Shown here: positions 19,858 to 30,226 of the stretch, in pieces
Numbering within the stretch: the first letter of the stretch is position 1
Layout: each line of letters starts with the position of its first letter
NCBI GenBank assembly: GCA_963645865.1
Contig: CAVIUM010000001.1
Span: forward strand, 35,858 to 99,857
DNA from: Lachnospiraceae bacterium
Lineage (GTDB): Archaea; Thermoplasmatota; Thermoplasmata; Methanomassiliicoccales; Methanomethylophilaceae
Direction: 5' to 3'
Length of the DNA: 64,000 nucleotides
Notes under the pieces: generated by a model
Database searches by the model: none
What the model was told of the DNA's origin: nothing
What the model saw: the letters and a program-made list of their open reading frames with translations, nothing else
Made by a program: the position numbers and the translations under genes

Positions 19858-20772
19858 TCAATTGGATGAGATTTCAGTGCGCATGTACATCATCATGCCC
19901 TGCAGACTGTTGATGACGCGCGAGTAGGAGTATTCGACGGAAGCTTCCTCGGGAGTGAGCCGAGCGACGTATTCGTCCTGATGCTCCGGTTCCTTGGACT
20001 CCTGGAGCACCTTGATGATCTTCTTGAATCCCTCTACCACGCTGCTCTTCTCTGAGAAATCAATGGAGAGGATCGCATCGCAAATCGCCACATCCACCGC
20101 GAGGAAATCCGTGATGTCCTGGCAGATACCCTTCTCCATCGTACCGTCCTCGGCTTCGGCGAGGAACAGCTCGATCTTCGACGACTTCATCTCCCTGGCC
20201 TTGCGGATGGCCTCTGTGCTCTCCCTGCTGAGATATCCTCCGAGCTGGGGCTTCGATGCGGGGACCGGTTCGGGCTTCTTCTCTTCGGCGGGACGGAGAG
20301 CCTTCAACTCGTCCCTGAGACGCGACGATTCGGCGGAGACCCTCTCGAGCTCCTCCTCCAGAGCTGCGATCTCCTCTTCGAGGGAGGCCTCGTTGCCTTT
20401 GGAATAATCGAGCTCCTGCGATAGCTTCTCGATGCGGTCGCGGCAGATGGAGATCTCCTCCTTCAGGACGGAGACGGCATCCGATTCCTCCTGAGGCTCG
20501 GACTTGAGGGAATCGAAGGCCTCCTCATCGGCGAGATCCTGCGGCGAGAGCATCGCGAGGTATTCGGGGGAATCCATCGGATCCAATTCTATCTCCGCTT
20601 CCCCTCCGGTCTCGAGAAGGATGTCGCAGGCATCGATGTCATCGCCCAGTGAGACGATTATGTCGATGTAGGTCCCGACGTTGGAACCGTCGGATTTGGC
20701 CTTATCGGCGAAGATAGAGATCTCGTTGAGCTTCCTTTCCCTGACCCTTGCGATGAGGTCTGCATCGAACAT
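19858..20772 (-). CDS. Hypothetical protein with central coiled coil and duplicated helical domain
   Basis: 304 aa acidic ORF with heptad-rich middle; C-terminal domain aligns by eye with the neighbouring 139 aa gene. Confidence 0.75.
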   Translation of the reverse strand: MFDADLIARVRERKLNEISIFADKAKSDGSNVGTYIDIIVSLGDDIDACDILLETGGEAEIELDPMDSPEYLAMLSPQDLADEEAFDSLKSEPQEESDAVSVLKEEISICRDRIEKLSQELDYSKGNEASLEEEIAALEEELERVSAESSRLRDELKALRPAEEKKPEPVPASKPQLGGYLSRESTEAIRKAREMKSSKIELFLAEAEDGTMEKGICQDITDFLAVDVAICDAILSIDFSEKSSVVEGFKKIIKVLQESKEPEHQDEYVARLTPEEASVEYSYSRVINSLQGMMMYMRTEISSN

Positions 20773-20890
20773 GCACCCGTCATGTGCCGGGCGTGATATA
20801 TTGTTCGTCCGGGAGAAGGACGAGGGAGGAATACGAAAAGAGGAATCCCGGGGATGCAGCCCCGGGTGTTTGCGAAGGTACAGCGTCGCC

Positions 20891-21310
20891 TCATCCGCGG
20901 ATGAGGTTCTGGATGTCCTCGATGGTCTTGGAGTACATCAGCTCCATGGAGGCCTCGTTGTCCGAGAGTCCCTGGGCGTACTCCTTCTGGTTGCTGGGCT
21001 GGGGAGAATGCTTGACGATCCCTTTGATGAGCTCGAGCGCGACGTCAACGTTCGCCTCGTCATCGAAATCGGTTGCTATCAGGATGTCGCAGATGGCCAC
21101 ATCCGCGGTCAGGACCCCGTTGATGCCCACACAGACATCCTCCGGGATTGTACCCGCCGCTTTGGCATCCTGGTAACCCCTTATCTTGCTCAGTTTCATG
21201 TCGCGGATCCCGATGAAGAGGTCGCGGTGCTTGTTGGATAGATACTCCCCGTCGGGGATGACTTCGATCTCGGACCTGGTGAGTATCCTGGCTGCGTCGA
21301 TTTCGCTCAT
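20891..21310 (-). CDS. Hypothetical protein, paralogue of the C-terminal domain of 19858-20772
   Basis: LTADVAICDILIATDF vs LAVDVAICDAILSIDF; QKEYAQGLSDNEASME vs QDEYVARLTPEEASVE. Confidence 0.75.
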   Translation of the reverse strand: MSEIDAARILTRSEIEVIPDGEYLSNKHRDLFIGIRDMKLSKIRGYQDAKAAGTIPEDVCVGINGVLTADVAICDILIATDFDDEANVDVALELIKGIVKHSPQPSNQKEYAQGLSDNEASMELMYSKTIEDIQNLIRG

Positions 21311-21388
21311 CGGAGTTTATCAGCCGATGCTAGGTATTTCAAATGGCCGAGAATTGGATGATATGGATGGATGAATCTGCCAACTACC

Positions 21389-22174
21389 TCGATGGGGGAA
21401 GTAGTGCAGAGTGCGGGTTTCCGGATACTGGGAGTTCAGGATGCACTTCGCATACATCGCTGTTATATACCTCCCCGTTCCGACAGAGTACTGGTCGTAG
21501 TTTTCGCGCTCTGAAGGGGTCATTTCACCCAGAAGCGTGCAGTCGAAATCGCACTCGTCGGAGATGTTCTGATTGAGCAGGATCTTGGAGATCTCGGAAC
21601 TCTCTATACTCTTGCCCGATCTTATACGGGTCACGGCGGAACAGATTTCCAGGGTGTTGTTTATGAATCTTTCCGTGCCCTCCATCCGATCGGGATCGTC
21701 CACGGGGATGTCGCTGAGACGCTCCATCGTCGTACGGACTCCGCGGAGGACGGTCGGATCCTCGCCGTTCAGGGAGAGATCGCCGGTGAGGCCCTCGGAA
21801 GCGAGTCCCGACGAGACCTTCAATAACGGAAGAGTGCGGATGAGCTTGCCCGTCATGAAAGAGAACCTGACCTCATCGGCCCTGTCGCGTTCGCTCAGGT
21901 CGGCGAAGTACCTCTTACCCATCCCTTCGGGCATGAACGTGATGCCGTCTCCGACGACGCGCATCTGGTTCTGGATGTTGCACAGCTCGTTGCGTCCCAG
22001 GGACGACATGAATTTGGCGAGGCCGATCTGACGGGTGATCTCGTCCACCCAGTGATAGCGCTCGAAATCGTCCATGTCGGGATCGAAGGTGTATCTGGCG
22101 ATCTCGCAGCCTTTGCGCATGATGATGCGTCCGAGCACCGTCACATCGTCCCCGCTGAAGATCATCCGTTGCAC
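21389..22174 (-). CDS. Hypothetical protein (CGA-terminated)
   Basis: Long ORF co-oriented with its neighbours. In-frame CGA at 21389-91 after LHYFPH; standard-code end at 21320. Confidence 0.65.
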
Positions 22175-22212
22175 ATCCTTGATTATTCAAGCTAGTAGCT
22201 TTATCTGCGTAT

Positions 22213-22839
22213 TCATTTCCTGTTGGAGCTAGAACCGCTCATTATATTGGCCTCGATGATGGAATCGAGCTTGCGGGAAACGTCGATCGCCAGCCTCAGA
22301 CTGTCCTCGCGGGACGGGCAGACGCCCTTGGCGCCGTGACGGATCTGATACGTGGAGAACCGGACGTTCTCCCTCAGACTGTCGATGTCCAGGTCGATGG
22401 TATCGATCTTCTTCCCCGCGGAGCGGATGAACTCGTCGGTGCAGACCTTGAACAGCGCCCTCGTCCCACCGACGGAGTTGAACGCGGTGGGGACACCATC
22501 CACGGTGATCCTGTATCCTCCGATCTCACTGTACGAGAGCACCGGGATCGAGTAGCTGGGCCAGGGACCCTTGAAGAACAGCCCGTTCGAATCGTCGAAG
22601 CGCAGGTCCGCGAAAGACACGGATTCCTCGAAGGAATCTATCCTCGAGAGGAGCTCCGGATCCTTGATGTGACGGGCGGACACCTCTTTGGCCGTAGGGT
22701 TGTCGAAGCGCTCGCCCATCGGGACGCAGTAGCTGCACACGTAACCGCCCTCGATGCGTACGGTGCCGGGACGGCGGCCGCAGACCAGGCAGGTCCTGTC
22801 CGCATCTTCCTTGGCGGCCCTTCTCAGGAACATGCCCAT
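22213..22839 (-). CDS. Hypothetical protein with N-terminal zinc ribbon (DUF4428-like)
   Basis: CLVCG...IEGGYVCSYC. Confidence 0.65.
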   Translation of the reverse strand: MGMFLRRAAKEDADRTCLVCGRRPGTVRIEGGYVCSYCVPMGERFDNPTAKEVSARHIKDPELLSRIDSFEESVSFADLRFDDSNGLFFKGPWPSYSIPVLSYSEIGGYRITVDGVPTAFNSVGGTRALFKVCTDEFIRSAGKKIDTIDLDIDSLRENVRFSTYQIRHGAKGVCPSREDSLRLAIDVSRKLDSIIEANIMSGSSSNRK

Positions 22840-22873
22840 GCGATGCGTGCGCCGTATTTAACCTGGATGCGGG

Positions 22874-24607
22874 TCATCTCTCGATCGAGATCTTGAGGGT
22901 GTCCCCTTCGAGGGCCACGCCGGGGGATTCTTCCACGGTCATCCTTCTGCCATCCGGCAGTTCGATGACATCTCCATCCGAAAGGAACTCATCGTTGACG
23001 ATGAGGTGATAAGCCAACTCGGACAGGATGCTCCTGACCTCCGCGGAGTCGGCATCCATTCCCACGATCTCGACCTCGCGCCTCCCGAACGTCTCGAGTC
23101 CCCGGGTGTATCCTCCGCAACCCTGTTCGGAATTGTAGATGCCGAACCAGATCCAGTCGTTGATGGGGATGTCCCCCTCGCGTATCTTCTCCGCTTCGGC
23201 GAGATAGTCCTCCGTGGACACGACGGTGCCCTGGAAGTAAACGGCAGTGGCGTTGGGGAGCCTGCACGCTGCTGCGACCATCTTGCTGTGCATCATGGCA
23301 GCATCCATGGGCGATCCGCCGTGGTTCACAAGGGCGATCAGCAGATGCGCCTTGTGCTTAGAGGCCACCTCGCACGCCTCCGGCCACATGTAGTTGTTGC
23401 GCGCGTTCTCCTCGGCCTCGCCGTTGGGGACGGGGGTCTTGACCAGACTGTACGCGCCGAGGTCGCCGTCGTATTCGAACACGAGGCTGTCCCCCTCGGG
23501 CTTCTCGGAGAATCTGACGCCCCATTCCATCAGCAGGGTATGGGGGATAGCGGCGGGATCCCATGAGGGGCTGGACAGCAGGACGAATGCGACGAACGGT
23601 CCCCCGCTGACCTGCGGGCGCAGGGGCCGGAGCTCCCTGTCGAAGGAGACGGTGGCGGAACCCTCCTCCTCGAATCCCCCGAAGCTGAGCATGACGCCGG
23701 TGTCCCTGTAGATCGTGACGCCGTAGAGCGATTTGCCGGAGGATTCCGGGGGCAGCATGCCCCTCGCGGTCTCCTCGAGGGAGGGCAGCGAGTCCATTAT
23801 CCTGCGGATCCTGTCCGCAGGGAGCTTGGATGCGTACGCCTCGTTCATCGCGAGTGTGAACAGCGCCTGCGAGTTCCCGACCTTGCCCATGAATGTGCAG
23901 TACGGATGGTCGGCGATCCATCCCTCGGGCTTCAGCACCCTCCTCACGGCATCCAGGCCGCGCCTGTTGAGAACTATGCCCATCACGGATTCGGCCTTGG
24001 ACGAGAGCTCGGGATCGTCGGATTCCAGCGCATCGCGGACGTCCCTCCCCTCCCAGATCGGGTGCATCTCCATGTTCTCCAGGGAGGCGCCGTTCTCGAT
24101 GTCCGAAGCGAGCGTGATGAATTCCGGATCGTCCGGGACGAGCTCCAGACCCTTGGTAACGGCCTCCTGTGCGCCCTTGCGGTCGCCGTAGGACGCCCTG
24201 AGGCGTCCGAGGGTCAGCCAGTTCCACGGATAGGTCGGATCCTCGGCGACTCCGCGGGACAGGAACTCCATCGCCATGCGGGGCTTCCCGCAGTACATGA
24301 GCGCGTTGGCGTAGCGGTAGTACCACGTCCCGCATCCGCGGGCGGATTCCTCCACGCGGGAGAGCCACTCGCACGCCGTGCAGTAGTGCTCGTAATCGTC
24401 CATGTTGATGCAGGCGTAGGATATCCACAGGGCGAGCTCCAGGTCGCTCTGGACCTGCTGCTCGGTGAAGCGGGATTCCCTCATGCCGTCCGCGATCGTC
24501 CTTCCGATGCACTCGAGCATCGCCTCGAAGTCGCCGCGGTCGTCGTCGACGTAGGACTCGAAGGATTCGATGTCCTCGGGGCGGAGTATGCCTGCCTGTC
24601 CGGTCAT
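22874..24607 (-). CDS. TPR protein with DUF4261-like C-terminal domain
   Basis: N-terminal TPR (WYYRYANALMYCG, EDPTYPWNWL); C-terminal NYMWPEA..H.AH, YTRGLETFGRREVEI and SPGVALEGDTLKI. Confidence 0.72.
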   Translation of the reverse strand: MTGQAGILRPEDIESFESYVDDDRGDFEAMLECIGRTIADGMRESRFTEQQVQSDLELALWISYACINMDDYEHYCTACEWLSRVEESARGCGTWYYRYANALMYCGKPRMAMEFLSRGVAEDPTYPWNWLTLGRLRASYGDRKGAQEAVTKGLELVPDDPEFITLASDIENGASLENMEMHPIWEGRDVRDALESDDPELSSKAESVMGIVLNRRGLDAVRRVLKPEGWIADHPYCTFMGKVGNSQALFTLAMNEAYASKLPADRIRRIMDSLPSLEETARGMLPPESSGKSLYGVTIYRDTGVMLSFGGFEEEGSATVSFDRELRPLRPQVSGGPFVAFVLLSSPSWDPAAIPHTLLMEWGVRFSEKPEGDSLVFEYDGDLGAYSLVKTPVPNGEAEENARNNYMWPEACEVASKHKAHLLIALVNHGGSPMDAAMMHSKMVAAACRLPNATAVYFQGTVVSTEDYLAEAEKIREGDIPINDWIWFGIYNSEQGCGGYTRGLETFGRREVEIVGMDADSAEVRSILSELAYHLIVNDEFLSDGDVIELPDGRRMTVEESPGVALEGDTLKISIER

Positions 24608-24694
24608 GACGGCCCGTAACAAGAATCAGATTTTAAGCAATCGGTCGCACCAGGGGAATACGAATGCGATAGCTCCCGAAAACAGTCCGCCCGA

Positions 24695-25570
24695 TCGGGA
24701 CCGGTCGGACGCGGATGCGCCGATCCCGATCTCCATGGCGCGGATCAGGTGCTTCTCGGCCTCCTCGATCCTCCCCACCTTCATCAGGGCGCCTGCCAGG
24801 TCGTGGTGCAGCGACATGAGGGATTCGGTGTCCGGGAGGGTGTGGTTCTCCAGGAGCCCTTCGAGTATCCCCACGGCGGCCGTGAGGTCCGCGACCGCGT
24901 TGTCGAGCATCCCGAGGTCGGATTCCCCGCTGGCGCGCATGGCGAGGGCGAGCACGATCTGATCGGTGTCCTCCAGGGTTCCGTTCTCCAGCAGGGAGGA
25001 TCCGATCTCGATGGCCTCTGAATATCTGGACACGGAGCCGCGGACGTCGTTCATCAGGTCGTCCGCTTCGGCGGCGATGTTGCACAGCTCGAGACGGCGG
25101 TTCTGCGACCAGGGATCCATCGCCTCCGTCTCCGACAGGCCCTTCATGATGAACGCGTAGGCGTCGTCCGGATGCTCGGAATCGATGAGCTCCCCTGCTG
25201 CGGTCATGCACATCCTGACCACCGCGCGGCGGTCGTAGCGGAATGAGCGGGGTCCGAAAGCGTCCAGGCGGGTGATGGCGACGGAATACTCCTCGATGGG
25301 GTCCCCTCCCTGCTCGTAGATCAGCGATGCGATCTCGCAGTGGATCTTAACGAAGGTGCCGGGATCCACGGAGTCGAGGGAATCGGCGATCTCCGCCGCC
25401 GATGTCAGATCGTCGAGGGCGGATGTCCTGTAGCCCATCATCGCCAGCACGCATCCGCGGTTGAGATAGGCCTCCGTGAGCGCCTCCCTGTCGTCTCCCG
25501 ACTCCAGGGCGTTGACCCTGCCGTTGAGCTCCTCGAGCGATGCCTCCAAGTGGGAATCCGCCTTCTCCAT
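24695..25570 (-). CDS. TPR protein (CGA-terminated)
   Basis: TPR segments (AYLNRGCVLAMMG, HHDLAGALMKVGRIEEAEKHL); in-frame CGA at 24695-97. Confidence 0.72.
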
Positions 25571-25621
25571 CGGGCCTTGATTCCGCACCGTAGTCTTAAA
25601 TCATGCGCGCGATTAGCCCGC

Positions 25622-26968
25622 ATGAACCATGAGAGGATCCTTGCGGTCCATGACATCTCCTGCGTCGGCAGGTGCTCGCTCACCGTCGCGCTGCCCATCA
25701 TCTCCGCCGTCGGAATCGAATGCTCCGGACTGCCGACGGCCGTTCTGTCCACCCACACGGGCGGATTCAAGGGATTCACGTACCGCGACCTCACCGAGGA
25801 CATGGTGCCCATCGACGAGCACTGGCAGACCCTGGACATAAAGTTCGATGCGTTCTACACCGGGTTCCTGGGCTCCTTCGAGCAGATCGACATCGTCTCC
25901 AAGCTCTTCGACGACCTCTCCCACGACGGGACGACCATCTACGTCGACCCGGTCATGGCCGACGAGGGGAAGCTGTACGGAGTCTTCGGGCCCGATTTCC
26001 CTGCGGGGATGAGGAGGCTCTGCGAGAAGGCCGACGTCATCATGCCGAATCTGACCGAGCTGTGCCTCATGCTCGGCATCGAGTGGAAGCCCGGCCCGTA
26101 CACCCATGAATACATCGATTCCATGCTGGACCGTGCGAAGGAGTTCGGCGTCAAGCGCATCGTTCTCACCGGCATCAGCTTCGAGAAGGGGCTGCTCGGC
26201 GCCGTTTACAAGGACTTCGAAACCGGCGAGACCGGTGAAGTGATGAGGCCAGAGATCCCCGGATACTACCACGGCACCGGGGACGTGTTCAGCTCGGCAC
26301 TGGTAGGCGCATGCGAGTCCGGCGTGTCCCTCGCCAAGGCCGTCGAGGCGGCCATCAATCTGACCGTTTCGAGCATCAAGCGCACCTACGAGTCCGGTGA
26401 GGACATCAGGTACGGTGTCAACTTCGAGATCGGCCTCGCGGATTACATCAGGGAGGTCTCCGAGGGGAGGACGGGATTCACCATGCTCCCCGCGGCCAAC
26501 GACGAGGAGCTCAGGATCATCGCATCCATGGGTTTCACCGTCTGGAACGAGGCCTACGACGGCATCGTCCCCCAGGACCAGATCTACTACATGCTGAAGA
26601 AGTACCAGTCCTTCGAGGCCCTGAAGGAGCAGATCTCCCACGGATACACCTATCTGATGCTCAGGGACGGCTCCACGCCCGCCGGATACTGCGGATACGC
26701 CCCCGAGGAAGACTGCCTGTTCCTCTCCAAGGCGTACATCCTGAAGGAGTTCAGGCACCACGGCTACTTCTCGAAGATAGTCGCCCACCTGAAGGACGTC
26801 GCCGTCCAGCTGGGGAAGGACCGCATCAGGCTCACCGTCAACAGGGATAACGCCAACGCCGTCGCCGCCTACCAGCACGAGGGGTTCGAGACCGTCAAGG
26901 TCCAGGACGTCCCCATTGGCGACGGGTTCGTCATGAACGACTTCGTGATGGAGCTGAAGGTCCAGCGA
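25622..26968 (+). CDS. pdxK: Pyridoxal/pyridoxamine kinase fused to a GNAT acetyltransferase (CGA-terminated)
   Basis: HDISCVGRCSL, LSTHTG, DPVMAD, PNLTE and GTGDVF, then a GNAT domain (LSKAYI, LTVNRDN, YQHEGF, MNDFVME). CGA 26966-68 overlaps the next ATG. Confidence 0.88.
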
Positions 26969-28659
26969 TGTTCATACCGACCACGGCCGACGAGGTCCGC
27001 CGTCTCGGTTGGGAGAAGCTGGATGTGATCCTCGTCTCCGGGGACACGTACACCGACAACTCCTACAACGGGACGGCCCTCGTGGGCCACTGGCTGATCG
27101 ACCACGGGTTCAGGGTCGGGATAATAGCCCAGCCCGACGTATCGTCGGGCGATGACATCTCCAGACTGGGGATGCCGGAGCTTTTCTGGTCCGTATCCGC
27201 CGGGTGCGTCGACTCCATGGTCGCCAACTACACCCCCACGAAGAAGTTCAGGAAGGAGGATGATTTCACACCCGGAGGGGTGAACGACAGGCGCCCCGAC
27301 AGGGCGTGCATCGCTTACACCAACCTGATCAAGAAGCACATGAAGGGGAGGCCGGTCATCCTCGCAGGGATCGAAGCGAGCCTGAGGAGGATCGCCCACT
27401 ACGACTTCTGGTCCGATTCCGTCAGGAGATCGATCCTCTTCGATTCCAAGGCCGACGCCATCGTCTACGGCATGGGGGAGCTGGCCAATCTCGAGATGGC
27501 CCGCCGCATGCGCGACGGGAAGGACTGGAAGGGAGTGGACGGGATCTGCCACATCGTCTCCTCCGAACCGGAGGGCTGCATCCGCCTCCCCTCGTACGAG
27601 GAGGTGTCCTCCAGGGAGGACCGCAGGCCTTTCATGAAGGCGTTCGAGGTATTCAGACGCAATTCGGATCCGATCACGGCCCAGCCCCTCTGTCAGAAAC
27701 ATGGGGACAGATGGCTGGTGCAGAACAGGCCCATGCGCTGCATGACCTCCGAGGAATTGGATTCCGCCTACGGATCGGATTTCGAGAACGCCGTGCATCC
27801 CTACTATGCGAAGCAGGGCAGGGTCAAGGCCATGGAGACCGTGAGGAACTCCATCACCACCCACCGCGGATGCTACGGGAACTGCTCGTTCTGCGCCATA
27901 GCCGCCCATCAGGGCACGACCGTCGTTTCCCGTTCGAAGGGATCCATACTCGCCGAAGTGGAGAGGATGGCCTCCCGGAAGGGCTTCAACGGCGTCATCC
28001 AGGATGTCGGAGGGCCCACGGCCAACATGTACGGCATCGAATGCAGGAAGAAATGCACCGTGGGGAGGTGCGAGGACCGCAGATGCCTCGACGGCCCCTG
28101 TCCCAAGCTGGGGATCGACCATTCGGCCCAGATCGACCTTCTGCATTCCATATCCGAAGTCGACGGGGTCCGGAGGGTCTTCGTGAACTCCGGGATAAGG
28201 CACGACATGATCGTCGCCGACAAGCGGATGGGCGGCGAGTATCTCGATATGCTCGTGTCGAAGCACGTCTCCGGTCAGATGAAGATCGCTCCGGAGCACG
28301 TATGCGACGATGTCCTGAAGCTTATGGGGAAGCCCGGCAGCGATGTCCTCCGCAGGTTCAAGGGCATGTTCGACGCTTCCTGCAGGAACCTCGGCCGGGA
28401 CGAGTACCTCACCTACTACTTCATCGCCGCCCATCCGGGCTGCACCGACGACGACATGCGCGAGCTGAGCAGGTTCTGCCATGACGAATTGAAGATCTCC
28501 CCGGAGCAGGTGCAGGTCTTCACCCCCACCCCGTCCACCTATTCCACGGCGATGTGGTGGTGCGGCACCGATTCCAAAGGGAGGCCGGTGAAGGTCGAGC
28601 GCTCGATCCAGAGACGTCAGCATCAGAAGGAGCTGGTGGTGGGGAAGGGTGGACGCTGA
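26968..28659 (+). CDS. YgiQ/UPF0313 family radical SAM protein
   Basis: DVILVSGD.Y.D, DSMVANYT, GIEASLRRIAHYDFW, HRGCYGNCSFCAI, GGPTANMY, SGIRHD, KIAPEH and YFIAAHPG. Confidence 0.93.
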   Translation: MFIPTTADEVRRLGWEKLDVILVSGDTYTDNSYNGTALVGHWLIDHGFRVGIIAQPDVSSGDDISRLGMPELFWSVSAGCVDSMVANYTPTKKFRKEDDFTPGGVNDRRPDRACIAYTNLIKKHMKGRPVILAGIEASLRRIAHYDFWSDSVRRSILFDSKADAIVYGMGELANLEMARRMRDGKDWKGVDGICHIVSSEPEGCIRLPSYEEVSSREDRRPFMKAFEVFRRNSDPITAQPLCQKHGDRWLVQNRPMRCMTSEELDSAYGSDFENAVHPYYAKQGRVKAMETVRNSITTHRGCYGNCSFCAIAAHQGTTVVSRSKGSILAEVERMASRKGFNGVIQDVGGPTANMYGIECRKKCTVGRCEDRRCLDGPCPKLGIDHSAQIDLLHSISEVDGVRRVFVNSGIRHDMIVADKRMGGEYLDMLVSKHVSGQMKIAPEHVCDDVLKLMGKPGSDVLRRFKGMFDASCRNLGRDEYLTYYFIAAHPGCTDDDMRELSRFCHDELKISPEQVQVFTPTPSTYSTAMWWCGTDSKGRPVKVERSIQRRQHQKELVVGKGGR

Positions 28660-29323
28660 ACTCTCCGCCCTGCTGACCGGGGCATGCTCCCCCTATGTGG
28701 ATTCCGTCAAGGCCGATTATGTCCGCAAGAAGGACTTCTACTACGCCTGGGGCATCAGGAACGGGGTCGCCACATTGCAGATATCCGATTACCTCCAAGG
28801 CGCATCCGACGATGTACTCGCCGATTTCGGCGTCATGATCGTCAGGAGGGCCAAGAACATGTCATGGGAGGAGCCCCAATCCCTCCTGGACTTCGTCTCC
28901 GCGGACGACTTCATCCTCTCCAGGCGCCCGATTTTCATTCGCAGGAGCAAGAACCTGCTCCGCACCGACAGGGGCGAGCACGCCTTCCTCCCCGATTCCG
29001 TGGAGAGGCTGATCGATTCCGGACTGCTCCGTCCGTCCGATATCGACAATTCATGGTTCTCCTGGACCCGCAGGGACAACCTCAGGCGCGTGGGGTTCTG
29101 CGCCACCATGTTCCGCGTGGTGGGGATATCCTCGGTGCTCGACTCCCCCGACATCCCCGATGAGGTCCTGGACTACGTGGTGTACCACGAATGCCTCCAT
29201 CTGAGGCAGGGCTACCGTCCTTCGCACAGGGTCCATGACGCCGAGTTCCGCGCTTGGGAGCGCTCCTATCCCGGCTGGGAGGATTGCGAGAAGGTCCTCC
29301 GCTCCCTGTCGCTCTCCGTCCGA
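28649..29323 (+). CDS. SprT/YgjP-like zinc metallopeptidase
   Basis: ISSVLD.PDIP..VLDYVVYHECLH...H..EF. In-frame CGA at 29321-23; TGA at 29339-41. Confidence 0.8.
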
Positions 29324-29356
29324 GGAGGATATCTACCATGACCCCATCGGGGTCTC

Positions 29357-30226
29357 ATGGAGCAGCGGGGATTCATTTTCCACGGAACGGACGGAGAGGT
29401 CGAACTCTCCATCGAACAGGTCAGGGAACTGGCCGCCAAGGACGATCCCGAAGGTCTCTACGCGCTTTCGATGGCCTACCTCTTCGGATGGGACGTCGAG
29501 GCCGACGAGGACCGCGGCTACATGCTGCTCGAGAAGGCCGTCGACCTCGGGAACACCGACGCCATGGCCCTGATGGTCCGCCTGTACATGCAGGACGAGT
29601 ATCAGGGGATCGACAACGAGCGCGCCGCCGAGCTCTCCATCATCGCCGCCAAGGACGGGATACCCGAGGCCCAGCTCTACGCCGGACTGGCGTACATGGA
29701 CGGAGTCTCCGTCGACCAGGACTACAAGGAGGCGTCGAGGTACCTCTCGCTGGCCGCCAATCAGGGCGACCAGGAGGCCAGGACCGCCCTCGCGTTCCTC
29801 TACGAGAACGGATACGGGGTCGAGAAGGACGAGGCCAAGGCTCTGAAGATGTACCGCACCGCGGCCCGCGGTGGCAGCGTCAACGCCATGTTCCATGCCG
29901 GCGTCTGCTACGAGTTCGGCAACGGCACCAAGGCCGATCCGGAACAGGCCAAGTCGTGGTACCTCAAGGGGGCCCAGGCCGGGGACGCCTTCGCCATGGA
30001 GCGCCTCGGACACCTCATGATGCACGATTCCCCCGAAGAGGGGTTCGAATGGTTCCTCAGGGCTGCCATGAACGGCGTGTCCACCGCCATGGGCACCGTC
30101 GGATTCTGCTACCTCGGAGGGACCGGTACGCCCGAAAACATCGACGAGGCGAAGAAATGGCTCAAGCTCGCCGCGGACAACGGCGTCGAAGAGGCCATCG
30201 AAGCGCTCAGGGACCTCCAGTCCTGA
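29357..30226 (+). CDS. Sel1-repeat protein
   Basis: Repeated A...LA..Y..G.GV..D...A...Y..AA..G. Confidence 0.92.
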   Translation: MEQRGFIFHGTDGEVELSIEQVRELAAKDDPEGLYALSMAYLFGWDVEADEDRGYMLLEKAVDLGNTDAMALMVRLYMQDEYQGIDNERAAELSIIAAKDGIPEAQLYAGLAYMDGVSVDQDYKEASRYLSLAANQGDQEARTALAFLYENGYGVEKDEAKALKMYRTAARGGSVNAMFHAGVCYEFGNGTKADPEQAKSWYLKGAQAGDAFAMERLGHLMMHDSPEEGFEWFLRAAMNGVSTAMGTVGFCYLGGTGTPENIDEAKKWLKLAADNGVEEAIEALRDLQS

